NCBI GenBank assembly: GCA_965215265.1
Contig: OZ244048.1
Span: forward strand, 3,776,001 to 3,840,000
DNA: 64,000 nt
Direction: 5' to 3'
From: Candidatus Poribacteria bacterium
Lineage (GTDB): Bacteria > Poribacteria > WGA-4E > WGA-3G
Positions 48,868-58,018 of this stretch are shown here, piece by piece (the first letter of the stretch is position 1; every line of letters starts with the position of its first letter). The notes beneath the pieces were generated by a model, which had not been told where the DNA came from, did no database searches, and saw only the letters and a list, made by a program, of their open reading frames with translations. A program made the position numbers and the translations under genes.

Positions 48868-51417
48868 ATGGGAATAAAGAAATCACAACTTTACGCGTCT
48901 CTATGGGCGAGCTGCGATGAGCTGCGCGGTGGGATGGACGCATCACAATACAAAGACTATGTGCTGACACTGCTTTTCCTGAAGTCTGTGTCGGATAAGG
49001 CGGCAGTGCATGGAGATGCGACGCTGATTGTCGTCCCCCCTGGCGGGGGGTTCTCCGATATGGTGAAGTTGAAGGGGAACAAAGACATCGGTGACAAAAT
49101 CAATAAAATCATCGGAAGATTGGCAGACGCCAATGAACTGAAAGGTGTGATAGATCAGGCGGATTTTAACGATGAGAGCAAACTGGGCAGAGGGAAAGAG
49201 ATGCAGGACCGGCTCTCGAAACTGGTTTCTATTTTTGAGGGGCTTGATTTACGGGGGCATAGGGCATCGGCTGAGGATCTGCTGGGTGACGCGTATGAGT
49301 ATTTGATGCGGCATTTCGCGACGGAGTCAGGGAAGAGTAAGGGACAATTCTACACCCCTGCGGAAGTGTCGCGCGTAGTGGCAAAAGTTATCGGCATCGG
49401 CCCAGACACGCCCCAATATAGGACTGTCTATGATCCAGCGTGTGGCTCCGGGTCTCTGTTGCTGAGGGCAAATGCGGAGGCGCCGCGGGGGCTGTCGGTT
49501 TACGGACAAGAGAAGGATCATGCGACTTACGCGCTGGCCAGGATGAACATGATTTTGCACGATACGGCGACGGCGGAGCTCTGGCATGGTAACACGCTCT
49601 CCGCGCCCTACTTTCTGAACGCGGAGCATGGTTTGAAGACGTTCGATTTTGCGGTTGCGAATCCGCCGTTCTCGGACAAAGCGTGGTCAAACGGGCTGAA
49701 TCCTGTGCATGACGCTTATGGCCGTTTTGCGTATGGAGTGCCGCCTGCGAAGAATGGAGATTATGCTTTTCTGCTCCATTTCCTCGCCTCGTTGAAGAGC
49801 AACGGGCAGGGGGCGATAATCTTGCCGCATGGCGTGTTGTTTAGAGGGAATAGAGAAGGGGAGATTCGGAAAGCGTTGGTCAAGCGTGGGTTCATCAAGG
49901 GGATAATCGGGTTGCCTGCGAATCTGTTCTACGGTACCGGCATTCCCGCGTGTATTCTGGTTATTGACAAGGAGAAGGCGCCTGCGCGCCGTGGCATCTT
50001 CCTGATAGATGCGAGCCGGGGGTTCCTGAAGGCGGGTAACAAGAATAGGCTGCGTGCGCGAGATATTGATAAAATAGTGAGGGTGTTCACCGAACAGCGG
50101 GAGATGGCGGGTTATGCGCGGCTGGTGCCCGTGTCTGAGATTGCGAGTGCTGCGAACGCCTACAATCTGAACATCCCGCGCTATATCGATGCGAGCGAGG
50201 CGGAAGATTTGCATGACTTGGATGCCCACCTGAACGGTGGGATTCCTGAGAGTGAGCTTGCCAGCTTGGAGGGGTATTGGAAGGTATTCCCGACATTACG
50301 TGAGGAGTTGTTTGAGAGTGGCATCCGGCCGGGCTATAGCGATGTGCGCGTGGAAGCAGAAGCAGTGAAAAGCACGATTGTAGGACATCACGAGTTAGAA
50401 GTTTACCGGCGGGGGGTTGAGAGGTGTTTTCACGCTTGGCGTGAGGTTCACACGCGGCGTCTGTTTGGCATTGAGGTAGGGACATCGCCTAAAGCGGTAA
50501 TTGATGCGTTGTCTGCGGATTTACTGACGTACTTTGCAGACGCGCCGCTGCTGGATGCGTATGATGTCTACCAAGGATTGATGGATTATTGGGAAGCGGT
50601 GATGCAGGACGATGTGTATCTTATCGCTGCCGAGGGGTGGCGTGAAGGGGTGAAACCGCGCGCGCTGATTCAGGATAAGCGGATCAAGGAGGCACCGGAC
50701 CTCGTCGTCAAGCGCAAGAAATATAAGCTGGATCTGATACCGCCGGGTCTGATTGTTGCACGCTACTTTTCGGATGAGCAGGCGGCTATAGAGTGCCTCC
50801 AAGCGTCGCATGAAAGGGCAGCGCAGGAAGTTGAGGCGTTCGTTGAGGAACACGCCGCAGAGGGTGGTGCGCTGGCTGGGCTTGAAGGGGCGCGAGGCAT
50901 AAGCAAGGGGAATGTGCTACAGCGCGTGATGGAGTATAGGGACATTATTTTGAGGGAGTTTGCTGAAGGCACTGCTGCGTCTGAACAGGCGAAAGCGATT
51001 AAGAAAGCGAGTTTCGGTGCTTGCGCCTGGACGAAGGGCGTGAAGGATGCCGGGTGTCTGTTTGCGGAATTGGACGTTCTTTATGAGTATCTGCAGCTGA
51101 TAGGGGAGGAGACGCGCCTGCAGCGGCTGCAGAAAGAGACATCAGAGGCGCTGGCGGTTTCGGTGCTTGGGAAGTATGCGGAGCTGCGCGAAATAGAGAT
51201 TAAGACGTTGGTAGTGGAAGGGAAGTGGTTAGCCAGTATCCATGGGGCGATTGAGGCGGAAATAGAAGGGGTGACGCAAGCGTTGACGGGGAGTGTGCAG
51301 GGGTTGGCGGGGCGTTATGCGATGCCGTTGCGAGAATTAGCCGTCAAAGTGTCAGCGTTCAGCGCGCAGCTGGAAGTGCATCTGAAAAATATGGGGATAG
51401 AGTGGACAGGGATATGA
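48868..51417 (+). CDS. hsdM: Type I restriction-modification methyltransferase subunit (long form)
   Basis: LWASCDELRGGMDASQYKDY, GQFYTP, YDPACGSGSLL, ANPPFS, YNLNIPRY. Confidence 0.95.
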   Translation: MGIKKSQLYASLWASCDELRGGMDASQYKDYVLTLLFLKSVSDKAAVHGDATLIVVPPGGGFSDMVKLKGNKDIGDKINKIIGRLADANELKGVIDQADFNDESKLGRGKEMQDRLSKLVSIFEGLDLRGHRASAEDLLGDAYEYLMRHFATESGKSKGQFYTPAEVSRVVAKVIGIGPDTPQYRTVYDPACGSGSLLLRANAEAPRGLSVYGQEKDHATYALARMNMILHDTATAELWHGNTLSAPYFLNAEHGLKTFDFAVANPPFSDKAWSNGLNPVHDAYGRFAYGVPPAKNGDYAFLLHFLASLKSNGQGAIILPHGVLFRGNREGEIRKALVKRGFIKGIIGLPANLFYGTGIPACILVIDKEKAPARRGIFLIDASRGFLKAGNKNRLRARDIDKIVRVFTEQREMAGYARLVPVSEIASAANAYNLNIPRYIDASEAEDLHDLDAHLNGGIPESELASLEGYWKVFPTLREELFESGIRPGYSDVRVEAEAVKSTIVGHHELEVYRRGVERCFHAWREVHTRRLFGIEVGTSPKAVIDALSADLLTYFADAPLLDAYDVYQGLMDYWEAVMQDDVYLIAAEGWREGVKPRALIQDKRIKEAPDLVVKRKKYKLDLIPPGLIVARYFSDEQAAIECLQASHERAAQEVEAFVEEHAAEGGALAGLEGARGISKGNVLQRVMEYRDIILREFAEGTAASEQAKAIKKASFGACAWTKGVKDAGCLFAELDVLYEYLQLIGEETRLQRLQKETSEALAVSVLGKYAELREIEIKTLVVEGKWLASIHGAIEAEIEGVTQALTGSVQGLAGRYAMPLRELAVKVSAFSAQLEVHLKNMGIEWTGI

Positions 51418-51510
51418 GCAAACACAACCCAAGCTCCGTGTGAGTCGGACAGTTCGCGTGATTTCAAGCCCTCCCCAAAGCGGTTCAGCGGGGCGTGGCA
51501 GACGAAGCGA

Positions 51511-52734
51511 TTGGGGGAAATTGGTGACATAACAGGAACTGGAGTTAACAAAAAAGTGAGTCGTGATGAGTTGCCTGTCCGGCTTGTGAACTATCTTGAT
51601 GTCTACAACAAGACCTTTTTGTATTCAAAAGATTTGACGCACTATGTTACAGCGAAACCGGATCAGGTTCGGCGCTTTGCAGTTGAAAAGGGTGATATTT
51701 TCTTCACGCCCTCCTCGGAGATACGTGAAGATATAGGTCGCTGTGCGGTAGCAATGGAGGATATTCCGGATGGTGTTTATAGTTATCACGTTATCCGGTT
51801 GCGTTTGAAAACGAATTGGGACCTTCGCTTTCGTGCTTATGTTTTTGACACGAAGGGATTCCTCGATCAAGCCAGCAGAGAGTGTGATGGGAGTGGAACG
51901 CGGTATGTCATAAGCCTGCCAAAATTCCGTGGGATGGTTGTTCGTTTTCCTGAAAATATAAAAGAACAAGCTGCCATCGCGGAAGTCTTATCGGATGTGG
52001 ATGGACTCATCAACTCGTTGGAGGCGCTGATTGCAAAGAAGCAGGCGATAAAACTCGCGGCGATGCAGCAACTGCTGACGGGTAAAACGCGGCTGCCAGG
52101 GTTCACAGACGAGTGGAATAAAATAAAGATGGGAGAGATTGGTTCAATTTACGGTGGTTTGTCAGGAAAAAGTAAAGCCGATTTTGGAGGGGGTAATGCA
52201 CGGTATGTGACGTTTCTAGGGGTTTTAGAAAACGTTGTCCTTGACTTCCGCCACACCGCCCCTGTTCATGTCGGTCCGAGTGAATCACAAAACTTGGTTT
52301 TGAAGGGAGACTTACTGTTCAACAGTTCGTCCGAGACTCCGGGGGATTTGGCAATGGGTGCGGTGATGGATGAACAATTGGAGAATCTATATCTCAACAG
52401 TTTTTGCTTTGGTTTTCGGGTTCACGATGAGCGTAAATCTTTTCCACGATTCCTCGCGTATTTTTTCAGAGGAACTGTTGGGCGCGCTATTATGAATGCT
52501 CTCGCACAAGGGAGCACGCGATATAACGTGTCAAAGAATCAATTCCTTTCGCTTGAGCTGTCCATACCTTCTTGTGATGAGCAACGTGCCATCGCGGAGG
52601 TATTATCGGATATGGATGGGGAGCTAGCTGCACTGGAGAAACAAGTTGAGAAGATACGTGACATCAAAAAGGCGATGATGCAGGAGCTCCTGACGGGGCG
52701 GACGCGGCTCGTGATTCCTGAAGAGAGCAGTTAG
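51511..52734 (+). CDS. hsdS: Type I R-M specificity subunit (start uncertain; homology extends upstream of 51511)
   Basis: Two TRDs with repeated EQxAIAEVLSD and MQxLLTGxTRL conserved regions. Confidence 0.92.
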   Translation: MGEIGDITGTGVNKKVSRDELPVRLVNYLDVYNKTFLYSKDLTHYVTAKPDQVRRFAVEKGDIFFTPSSEIREDIGRCAVAMEDIPDGVYSYHVIRLRLKTNWDLRFRAYVFDTKGFLDQASRECDGSGTRYVISLPKFRGMVVRFPENIKEQAAIAEVLSDVDGLINSLEALIAKKQAIKLAAMQQLLTGKTRLPGFTDEWNKIKMGEIGSIYGGLSGKSKADFGGGNARYVTFLGVLENVVLDFRHTAPVHVGPSESQNLVLKGDLLFNSSSETPGDLAMGAVMDEQLENLYLNSFCFGFRVHDERKSFPRFLAYFFRGTVGRAIMNALAQGSTRYNVSKNQFLSLELSIPSCDEQRAIAEVLSDMDGELAALEKQVEKIRDIKKAMMQELLTGRTRLVIPEESS

Positions 52735-52877
52735 TTAACCCGATTTTGCGCGTCGGTATTCGGCACAGCGCGAATGGGCCCGTGGTGGAGAGACGAGAGT
52801 TGAAGGCACTTCATTTAAATCTGACTGAGAATGCGGGAAAAGTCAAAACTGTTCAACAGTTTGCTGTTTCAATTCAA

Positions 52878-52907
52878 TTGACATCGTGGTCGAAAGTGTT
52901 GTATCAT
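52878..52907 (+). promoter_or_regulatory. Sigma70 promoter for rpn (very short leader)
   Basis: TTGACA-18 nt-TATCAT ending 13 nt before the ATG. Confidence 0.55.
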
Positions 52908-52920
52908 ATTCACTAGGGTT

Positions 52921-53856
52921 ATGATGCGAGAACAATCGCCGGATCACGTGCTCCCCCAGAGTCGGTATGATATTGTGACGAAGAACATCATGGGCGTGTT
53001 CGGGGAACAGATTTTGCGCTTTCTAACTGAAAACAACGAGCTCCACTTCATTGAACAGCTCGAGACAGAGTTACCGACCGTTGAAATGCGCCGGATGGAT
53101 AGTTTGTGCAAGGTGTCTCTGAATGGAGAATCGGTGTTAGTGCATTGTGAGTTTCAAGTAGGGGATAGCACTCAACTAAGGATGGAGCGCCGCAATGTGG
53201 GATATCTAGGTCGGGTGCATGAAAGATACGGGTTGCCGGTGCTATCGCATGTGATTTATCTACGCCCGGATGCCGGGCGGCGTGACACGGGGGTTTACCG
53301 TCATGAGGTGCGGGGTTACCTTTATGTTGTTGAATATAAGGTGATTCGTCTGATAGAACAAGATGGTGGCTCAGTTTTGAATGCGGGTGCTGCGGGGCTG
53401 CTACCATTTGCGCCGTTGATGCGCCCTCCTGCTGGTGTAGACAAGCTGCAGTGGGCGGCTGAGTGTCATGAAGCTACAAAGTCCGTTGCGTTTCCCTCGG
53501 CTATCCGGAGTAATTTATTGGTATCGCAGTGGGTGCTGAGTGGTTTGATTCATGATTTGGGTGCGATTTCAGCATTTATCACGGAGGACATCATGCAAGA
53601 ATCTTCGGTTTACCAACACATCATCCAACAAGGTATTGAACAAGGTATTGAAAAAGGCGAACGAAAAAACGCACTGGACTCGCTCTTTGATGTGCTGGAT
53701 GTGCGTTTTGATGAGAGTGCAGTGGAAGAGATAAAGTCGCATTTGGAACAGATTGAAGATGTGGAACGTCTGCGGCGCTTGCTCCGTGAAGCGGTGCGCG
53801 TGGAAACGCTCGATGCCTTCCAACGCGTATTGCAAAGCAACGGTGAATTTGCATAA
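52921..53856 (+). CDS. Rpn/YhgA-like PD-(D/E)XK nuclease (putative transposase_31-type family)
   Basis: YDIVTK, RRMDSL, HCEFQ, PVLSHVIYL, LLPFAPLM, MQESSVYQHIIQQGIEQGIEKGE. Confidence 0.85.
   Translation: MMREQSPDHVLPQSRYDIVTKNIMGVFGEQILRFLTENNELHFIEQLETELPTVEMRRMDSLCKVSLNGESVLVHCEFQVGDSTQLRMERRNVGYLGRVHERYGLPVLSHVIYLRPDAGRRDTGVYRHEVRGYLYVVEYKVIRLIEQDGGSVLNAGAAGLLPFAPLMRPPAGVDKLQWAAECHEATKSVAFPSAIRSNLLVSQWVLSGLIHDLGAISAFITEDIMQESSVYQHIIQQGIEQGIEKGERKNALDSLFDVLDVRFDESAVEEIKSHLEQIEDVERLRRLLREAVRVETLDAFQRVLQSNGEFA
53593..53856 (+). CDS. Putative nested in-frame small protein (RpnS-like antitoxin, 87 aa)
   Basis: GGAGG at 53583-53587, 5 nt upstream of in-frame ATG 53593, at the start of the C-terminal domain. 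Confidence 0.55.
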   Translation: MQESSVYQHIIQQGIEQGIEKGERKNALDSLFDVLDVRFDESAVEEIKSHLEQIEDVERLRRLLREAVRVETLDAFQRVLQSNGEFA

Positions 53857-53905
53857 GCAGTTGCAGCATCGGATGCTCTCGCCTCAATTCCGGTTTTGAA
53901 CAAAT

Positions 53906-54874
53906 ATGCGAATTGATTGCCAAAGCCACATATTTCCGCGTGCCTATATCGAGGTGCTCGCGCAGAATCCACATCCGCCACAAGTGATTCTCCTTGGGAC
54001 TGAAGCTGTGGTTACATACGGTGATGTGCAGCAGTTTAGGTTACAAGACGAGGCGTACGACCCGAGGCGAAAACTGGCGGACATGGATGCAGCGGGGGTT
54101 GACATGGCCCTGCTCAGCACCAACATTCCATCTCCGTGTATGCTGGCTCCGGAGTTAGGGCTTACAGGTGCACAAGCGATTAACGATGCGATTGGTGCAG
54201 TCGTAGATGCACATCCGGATCGGTTTGCAGGGTTGGCGTGCCTCCCATGGCAGAATCCAGAAGAGGCTATAAGCGAAATGGCGCGGGTCAACCGGATGGG
54301 GTTCCGTGGCATCATGCTCTATTCCCATATCGGGGGTGCCCCGGTCGATGAGGCACGGTTTATCCCAATTTATGCATACGCTGAAGCAATAGGGATGCCA
54401 ATCGTTATGCATCCGACGGTTCCTACATGGGGTGCGGCAATCAAAGAACATTGGATGATAGGTATGATGGGGCTACAAGTGGATTGTAGTTTCGCGTTGT
54501 TGCGTTTAATTCTCAGCGGCATTTTGGAAAGGCATCCGCACTTACAATTCGTGATGCCTCATGTAGGCGGGATTCTCCCGTATATGAGCGGCCGGATTGA
54601 CCATCAGACGGAGGTACTTGGCAGGGCACGAGAACATATTAAGCGACCGCCGAGTGCTTATTTACGCCATATCTATTTGGATACGGTGTCGCCTTCAGCC
54701 CAAACTTTACACTATGCGTATCAATTTTCTGGGGCACATCGACTGCTATTCGGGACAGATCATCCGTGGGTTGAGATGCCCCGGTTTGTCCGTCTGATTG
54801 AGGAGATGCACATTCCTGAAAAGGATAAAGCACGAATTTTTGCGGATAATGCCCGATCGCTGTTTAGGTTATAG
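53906..54874 (+). CDS. Amidohydrolase_2 family (ACMSD-like decarboxylase/hydrolase)
   Basis: IDCQSH, DMDAAGVD, MHP, PHVGG, FGTDHP, NARSLF. Confidence 0.88.
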   Translation: MRIDCQSHIFPRAYIEVLAQNPHPPQVILLGTEAVVTYGDVQQFRLQDEAYDPRRKLADMDAAGVDMALLSTNIPSPCMLAPELGLTGAQAINDAIGAVVDAHPDRFAGLACLPWQNPEEAISEMARVNRMGFRGIMLYSHIGGAPVDEARFIPIYAYAEAIGMPIVMHPTVPTWGAAIKEHWMIGMMGLQVDCSFALLRLILSGILERHPHLQFVMPHVGGILPYMSGRIDHQTEVLGRAREHIKRPPSAYLRHIYLDTVSPSAQTLHYAYQFSGAHRLLFGTDHPWVEMPRFVRLIEEMHIPEKDKARIFADNARSLFRL

Positions 54875-54933
54875 ATACGGCTAGCCAATCAACAGATTGC
54901 TTGTACAGTTTCGGACAAATGAGGTTTTAGGAC

Positions 54934-55737
54934 ATGTCACATGAATTGACAGACGCACAACGGTTCTTTTTTGAAAACAACGGATATTTGATGCTTGAAA
55001 GTTTTCTGAAAGCATCGCATGTGGAGGCCCTGCGCGGCGCGCTTGGTGCCTCCGTTGAAAAACGGCGGGAATGCGAACGAAAAGGGCTCCCTCAGACGGG
55101 GATGACACATATTCACGGTGAGAAAAGCACACGCATTTTCTACATTCTCGGCGATCATCCGCTGTTTTTAGAGTTGCTGGATTGGCAGCCGATTTTGCCG
55201 TATGTTACGACGTTGCTCAGTAAGAAGCCGCACCATCATGCATCGGATGCTATCGTCGAACATGGTACTGATTTGATGGAACGCCCGATGGGGTGGCATA
55301 TTGATGGGCACGATGAAGGTTACCGCAATCTTCGCCCGATTCCGCTCTTGCAGCTCAAAATTGGTTATTATCTCACCGATATGAGAGAGGGGGGGCAAGG
55401 CAATCTTTGGCTGATACCGGGTAGTCACAAGGCAATGTACGATCCGAACCACGAAGACCTTCGCTATCCTTCCGAGTATCCTGGAGCCATAGAAGTCTGT
55501 GCACCCCCGGGTAGCGCGATTCTGTTCCACAACGCGCTGTGGCATTCGTCAGGGATGTTTACGAACCCGAACGGCTGCCGCGAGATGCTTTATTACGCCT
55601 ACGAACACCCCTGGATGATAGCTTCTCAAGAGCATTGGGGCTATCCTAAGGCATTCTATAACACGCAGCTTTCGGCTGCGCAGCGGAAGCTTTTTCACGG
55701 ATTTGTGTTTGACCCGCCGGAACAACGGTGGGGATAA
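54934..55737 (+). CDS. PhyH family dioxygenase
   Basis: FFENNGYL, WHID, IPGSH, LWHS. Confidence 0.87.
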   Translation: MSHELTDAQRFFFENNGYLMLESFLKASHVEALRGALGASVEKRRECERKGLPQTGMTHIHGEKSTRIFYILGDHPLFLELLDWQPILPYVTTLLSKKPHHHASDAIVEHGTDLMERPMGWHIDGHDEGYRNLRPIPLLQLKIGYYLTDMREGGQGNLWLIPGSHKAMYDPNHEDLRYPSEYPGAIEVCAPPGSAILFHNALWHSSGMFTNPNGCREMLYYAYEHPWMIASQEHWGYPKAFYNTQLSAAQRKLFHGFVFDPPEQRWG

Positions 55738-55757
55738 GACGGCTGGAGGGACCTGGC

Positions 55758-56636
55758 ATGCATTTGACAGAATCTCAAGTTTCGTTCTTTGAGGATAACG
55801 GTTACCTATTGCTGGAAGATGCCTTGGGTGCAGACGATTTGGCACCAGTGATTGCCGAGTACAGTGCGTTGATTGCGGAACGTGCGCGGCAATTGTACAA
55901 CGATGGGAAGGTGAATTCCGTCTATCAGGATAAGCCGTTCACGGAACGTTTGCTTCGTCTCGCTAACGAAGCCCCGGAAGTAACAGCGAATTTGGACATC
56001 ATGCAGGCACGGGGAGAAGGGACGTTTAACTTTCTTAAGCATCCTAAGATTCTGGACATAGCGGAATCGTTTGTCGGTTCTGAGATCATCTGCAATCCGA
56101 TCCAACACATTCGGGCGGTGCTGCCACAGCGGAGTTCGCCGCGTGCAACCACGCCGTGGCATCAGGATGCCGGGGTGTGTTGGCCCGATACGGATGCCTA
56201 CTTTATGCTGACGGTGTGGATACCGATAGTGGATGCAACATTAGAAAACGGCTGCCTCCAGGTGATGCCGAGGAGCCATAAACAGGGTTTGTTGAAGCAC
56301 GATTGGACACCGAACGGGTTGGAAGTGCTGCCAGAAAATCAGCCGGCTGCGCTCCAACCGAAACCGCTCCCTATCCGAGCCGGTGGCGTTATCTTATTTC
56401 ACAATTACACACTCCATAGCGCGAGGCCGAACGAGTCTACCAGCATCCGCTGGAGTTTTGATCTTCGTTACCACGACGTTTATCAACCGACGGGGCGGCC
56501 GTTTTATCCTGCGTTCCTGATGCGAAGCCGTGTGAGGCCGCAAGCGATGCAGACAGATTATGAGACGTGGTGTCAACGTTGGGAATTTGCGTTGGAGCAT
56601 TCCAAAGGCGCACAGGCCTACCGTTGGCTGCGGTAG
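55758..56636 (+). CDS. PhyH family dioxygenase
   Basis: FFEDNGYL, PWHQD, ENGCLQVMPRSH, TLHSA; GGAGG before ATG 55758. Confidence 0.88.
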   Translation: MHLTESQVSFFEDNGYLLLEDALGADDLAPVIAEYSALIAERARQLYNDGKVNSVYQDKPFTERLLRLANEAPEVTANLDIMQARGEGTFNFLKHPKILDIAESFVGSEIICNPIQHIRAVLPQRSSPRATTPWHQDAGVCWPDTDAYFMLTVWIPIVDATLENGCLQVMPRSHKQGLLKHDWTPNGLEVLPENQPAALQPKPLPIRAGGVILFHNYTLHSARPNESTSIRWSFDLRYHDVYQPTGRPFYPAFLMRSRVRPQAMQTDYETWCQRWEFALEHSKGAQAYRWLR

Positions 56637-56639
56637 GAA

Positions 56640-56820
56640 AGGCTATTTGTATATTTCAGCACGTTAATGACTGATGTTTTGATAACCTTAGCACAAACCT
56701 CGTCGCCCGCCCACCTAAATCCTCTGATGTTTAGAATCATAACCTAGAACGGCTCTGGCGAGATGTACACGGGAACTTATCAAAGCATAAAGCGGTGTGG
56801 GGCTCTAGTATACAAAAATA
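56640..56820. repeat. Modular repeat locus 2: inverted pair of ~60-bp arms around a GC-rich module
   Basis: Minus-strand CGACGAGGTTTGTGCTAAGGTTATCAAAACATCA; plus-strand GCGAGATGTACAC...TTATCAAAGCATAA...GGGGCTCTAGTATACAAAAA. Confidence 0.75.
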
Positions 56821-57236
56821 TGATGACTATATCTGATCTGCCGGCACTCAATGCCACATTAAATACAATCAGTGGGATACTGCTGATAAGGGGTTACATG
56901 CTGATTCGGCAACGGAAAATTGTGGCACATAAAAACTGTATGCTCGCTGCGTTTGCGGTTTCAGTCCTTTTTCTTGTTTCTTATCTAATCTACCATTATA
57001 ACGCCGGCTCAAAACCGTTTACCTTGCAAGGATGGATCCGGTATGTCTACTTTACCATCCTGATTTCGCATATCATTTTGGCGTTTCTGATTCCGCCGTT
57101 GGCTCTGCGGACGCTCTATCTGGCATGGCGAGAACGGTTCACGCAGCACCGTCGTATCGCAAAGATAACGTTGCCGATATGGTTATATGTTTCAGTGACA
57201 GGAGTGTTGATTTATCTGATGTTATATCAGTTGTAA
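56820..57236 (+). CDS. DUF420 membrane protein
   Basis: LPALNATLN, HKNCM, FLVSYL, ILISHIILA, HRRIA, WLYVSVTG. Confidence 0.9.
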   Translation: MMTISDLPALNATLNTISGILLIRGYMLIRQRKIVAHKNCMLAAFAVSVLFLVSYLIYHYNAGSKPFTLQGWIRYVYFTILISHIILAFLIPPLALRTLYLAWRERFTQHRRIAKITLPIWLYVSVTGVLIYLMLYQL

Positions 57237-57239
57237 AAG

Positions 57240-57557
57240 CAGTATTTCATATAGTGCAGCCCCACAATGCCTGATGTTGTGTCAATCACTGTGTACATCT
57301 CCTGACAGGTTAGGTATTCTTTGTCTGTCCTTCAGAACAGACAAGTAGCGAGATAGGTATCTTTCTCTGTCCATGAGAGAAGATAACCTTTTACTCGCCA
57401 CCCATTGGGCTAACCTTATCCATGCCATCTATAGATCCGAGCCTGCTTAGGTATAGTCTTTTGAAGTCAAAGCATCAGAAGGCTCCGACGAGATTTGTGC
57501 TAAGGTTATCAAAACATCAATCAGTATTGGGCTTCTGTAGACGAAAAAACGGAGATT
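57240..57557. repeat. Modular repeat locus 3: inverted arm, two hairpin modules, forward arm
   Basis: Highly similar blocks at 59420-59640, e.g. CAAGT(A/G)GCGAGATAGGTA, CTTTCTCTGTCCATGAGA, CCATCTATAGATC, AAGGCTCCGACGAGATTTGT. Confidence 0.85.
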
Positions 57558-57559
57558 TT

Positions 57560-58015
57560 CTAATCAGCAGGCTTCTGTTCAGCGAGCTGAACAATGCCTT
57601 TGAAAAACCGGCCGATCGTCATTTTCGCCGCACTCCTGATAATACGCTGACCTACACGTGCGAGTTTGCCTCCTACGTTCAATTCGCCAACCAAGCCGAT
57701 TTGAGTGTTGCCCAGCCCAGTTTCTTCCAGGGTGAAGTCACAGAAACCGTTGAGGAACCCGATTTTGCTTTTTCCGTCAACCACCAACCGATATGATGAA
57801 GGTGGTTTTTTATCCAAAATCTTCACATTTCCTTGATAAGTGCCTTTAATCGAGGCGATTCCGACCTTAATGGTCGCCTCAAAAGTGCTTTCATCTTCTA
57901 AGGGCTCAAGTTTCTCACACCCCGGAATGCACTGTTGCAGAAATTTTGGTGTTGTTAAGTAGTGCCACACTTTGTCTTGGGAGGCAGGCACGTTGTAATT
58001 GCTTGTGATTTGCAT
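57560..58015 (-). CDS. coxG: CoxG/SRPBCC family protein
   Basis: CIPGCE, GGKLARVGQRII. Confidence 0.88.
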   Translation of the reverse strand: MQITSNYNVPASQDKVWHYLTTPKFLQQCIPGCEKLEPLEDESTFEATIKVGIASIKGTYQGNVKILDKKPPSSYRLVVDGKSKIGFLNGFCDFTLEETGLGNTQIGLVGELNVGGKLARVGQRIIRSAAKMTIGRFFKGIVQLAEQKPAD

Positions 58016-58018
58016 GGG

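Noticed and set aside
49327-50972. Several antisense ORFs inside hsdM
   Set aside because: Shadow frames of a GC-rich gene, with no motifs
52921-53856. rpn as an active insertion sequence
   Set aside because: No terminal inverted repeats or target duplication seen, and Rpn proteins are not demonstrated transposases
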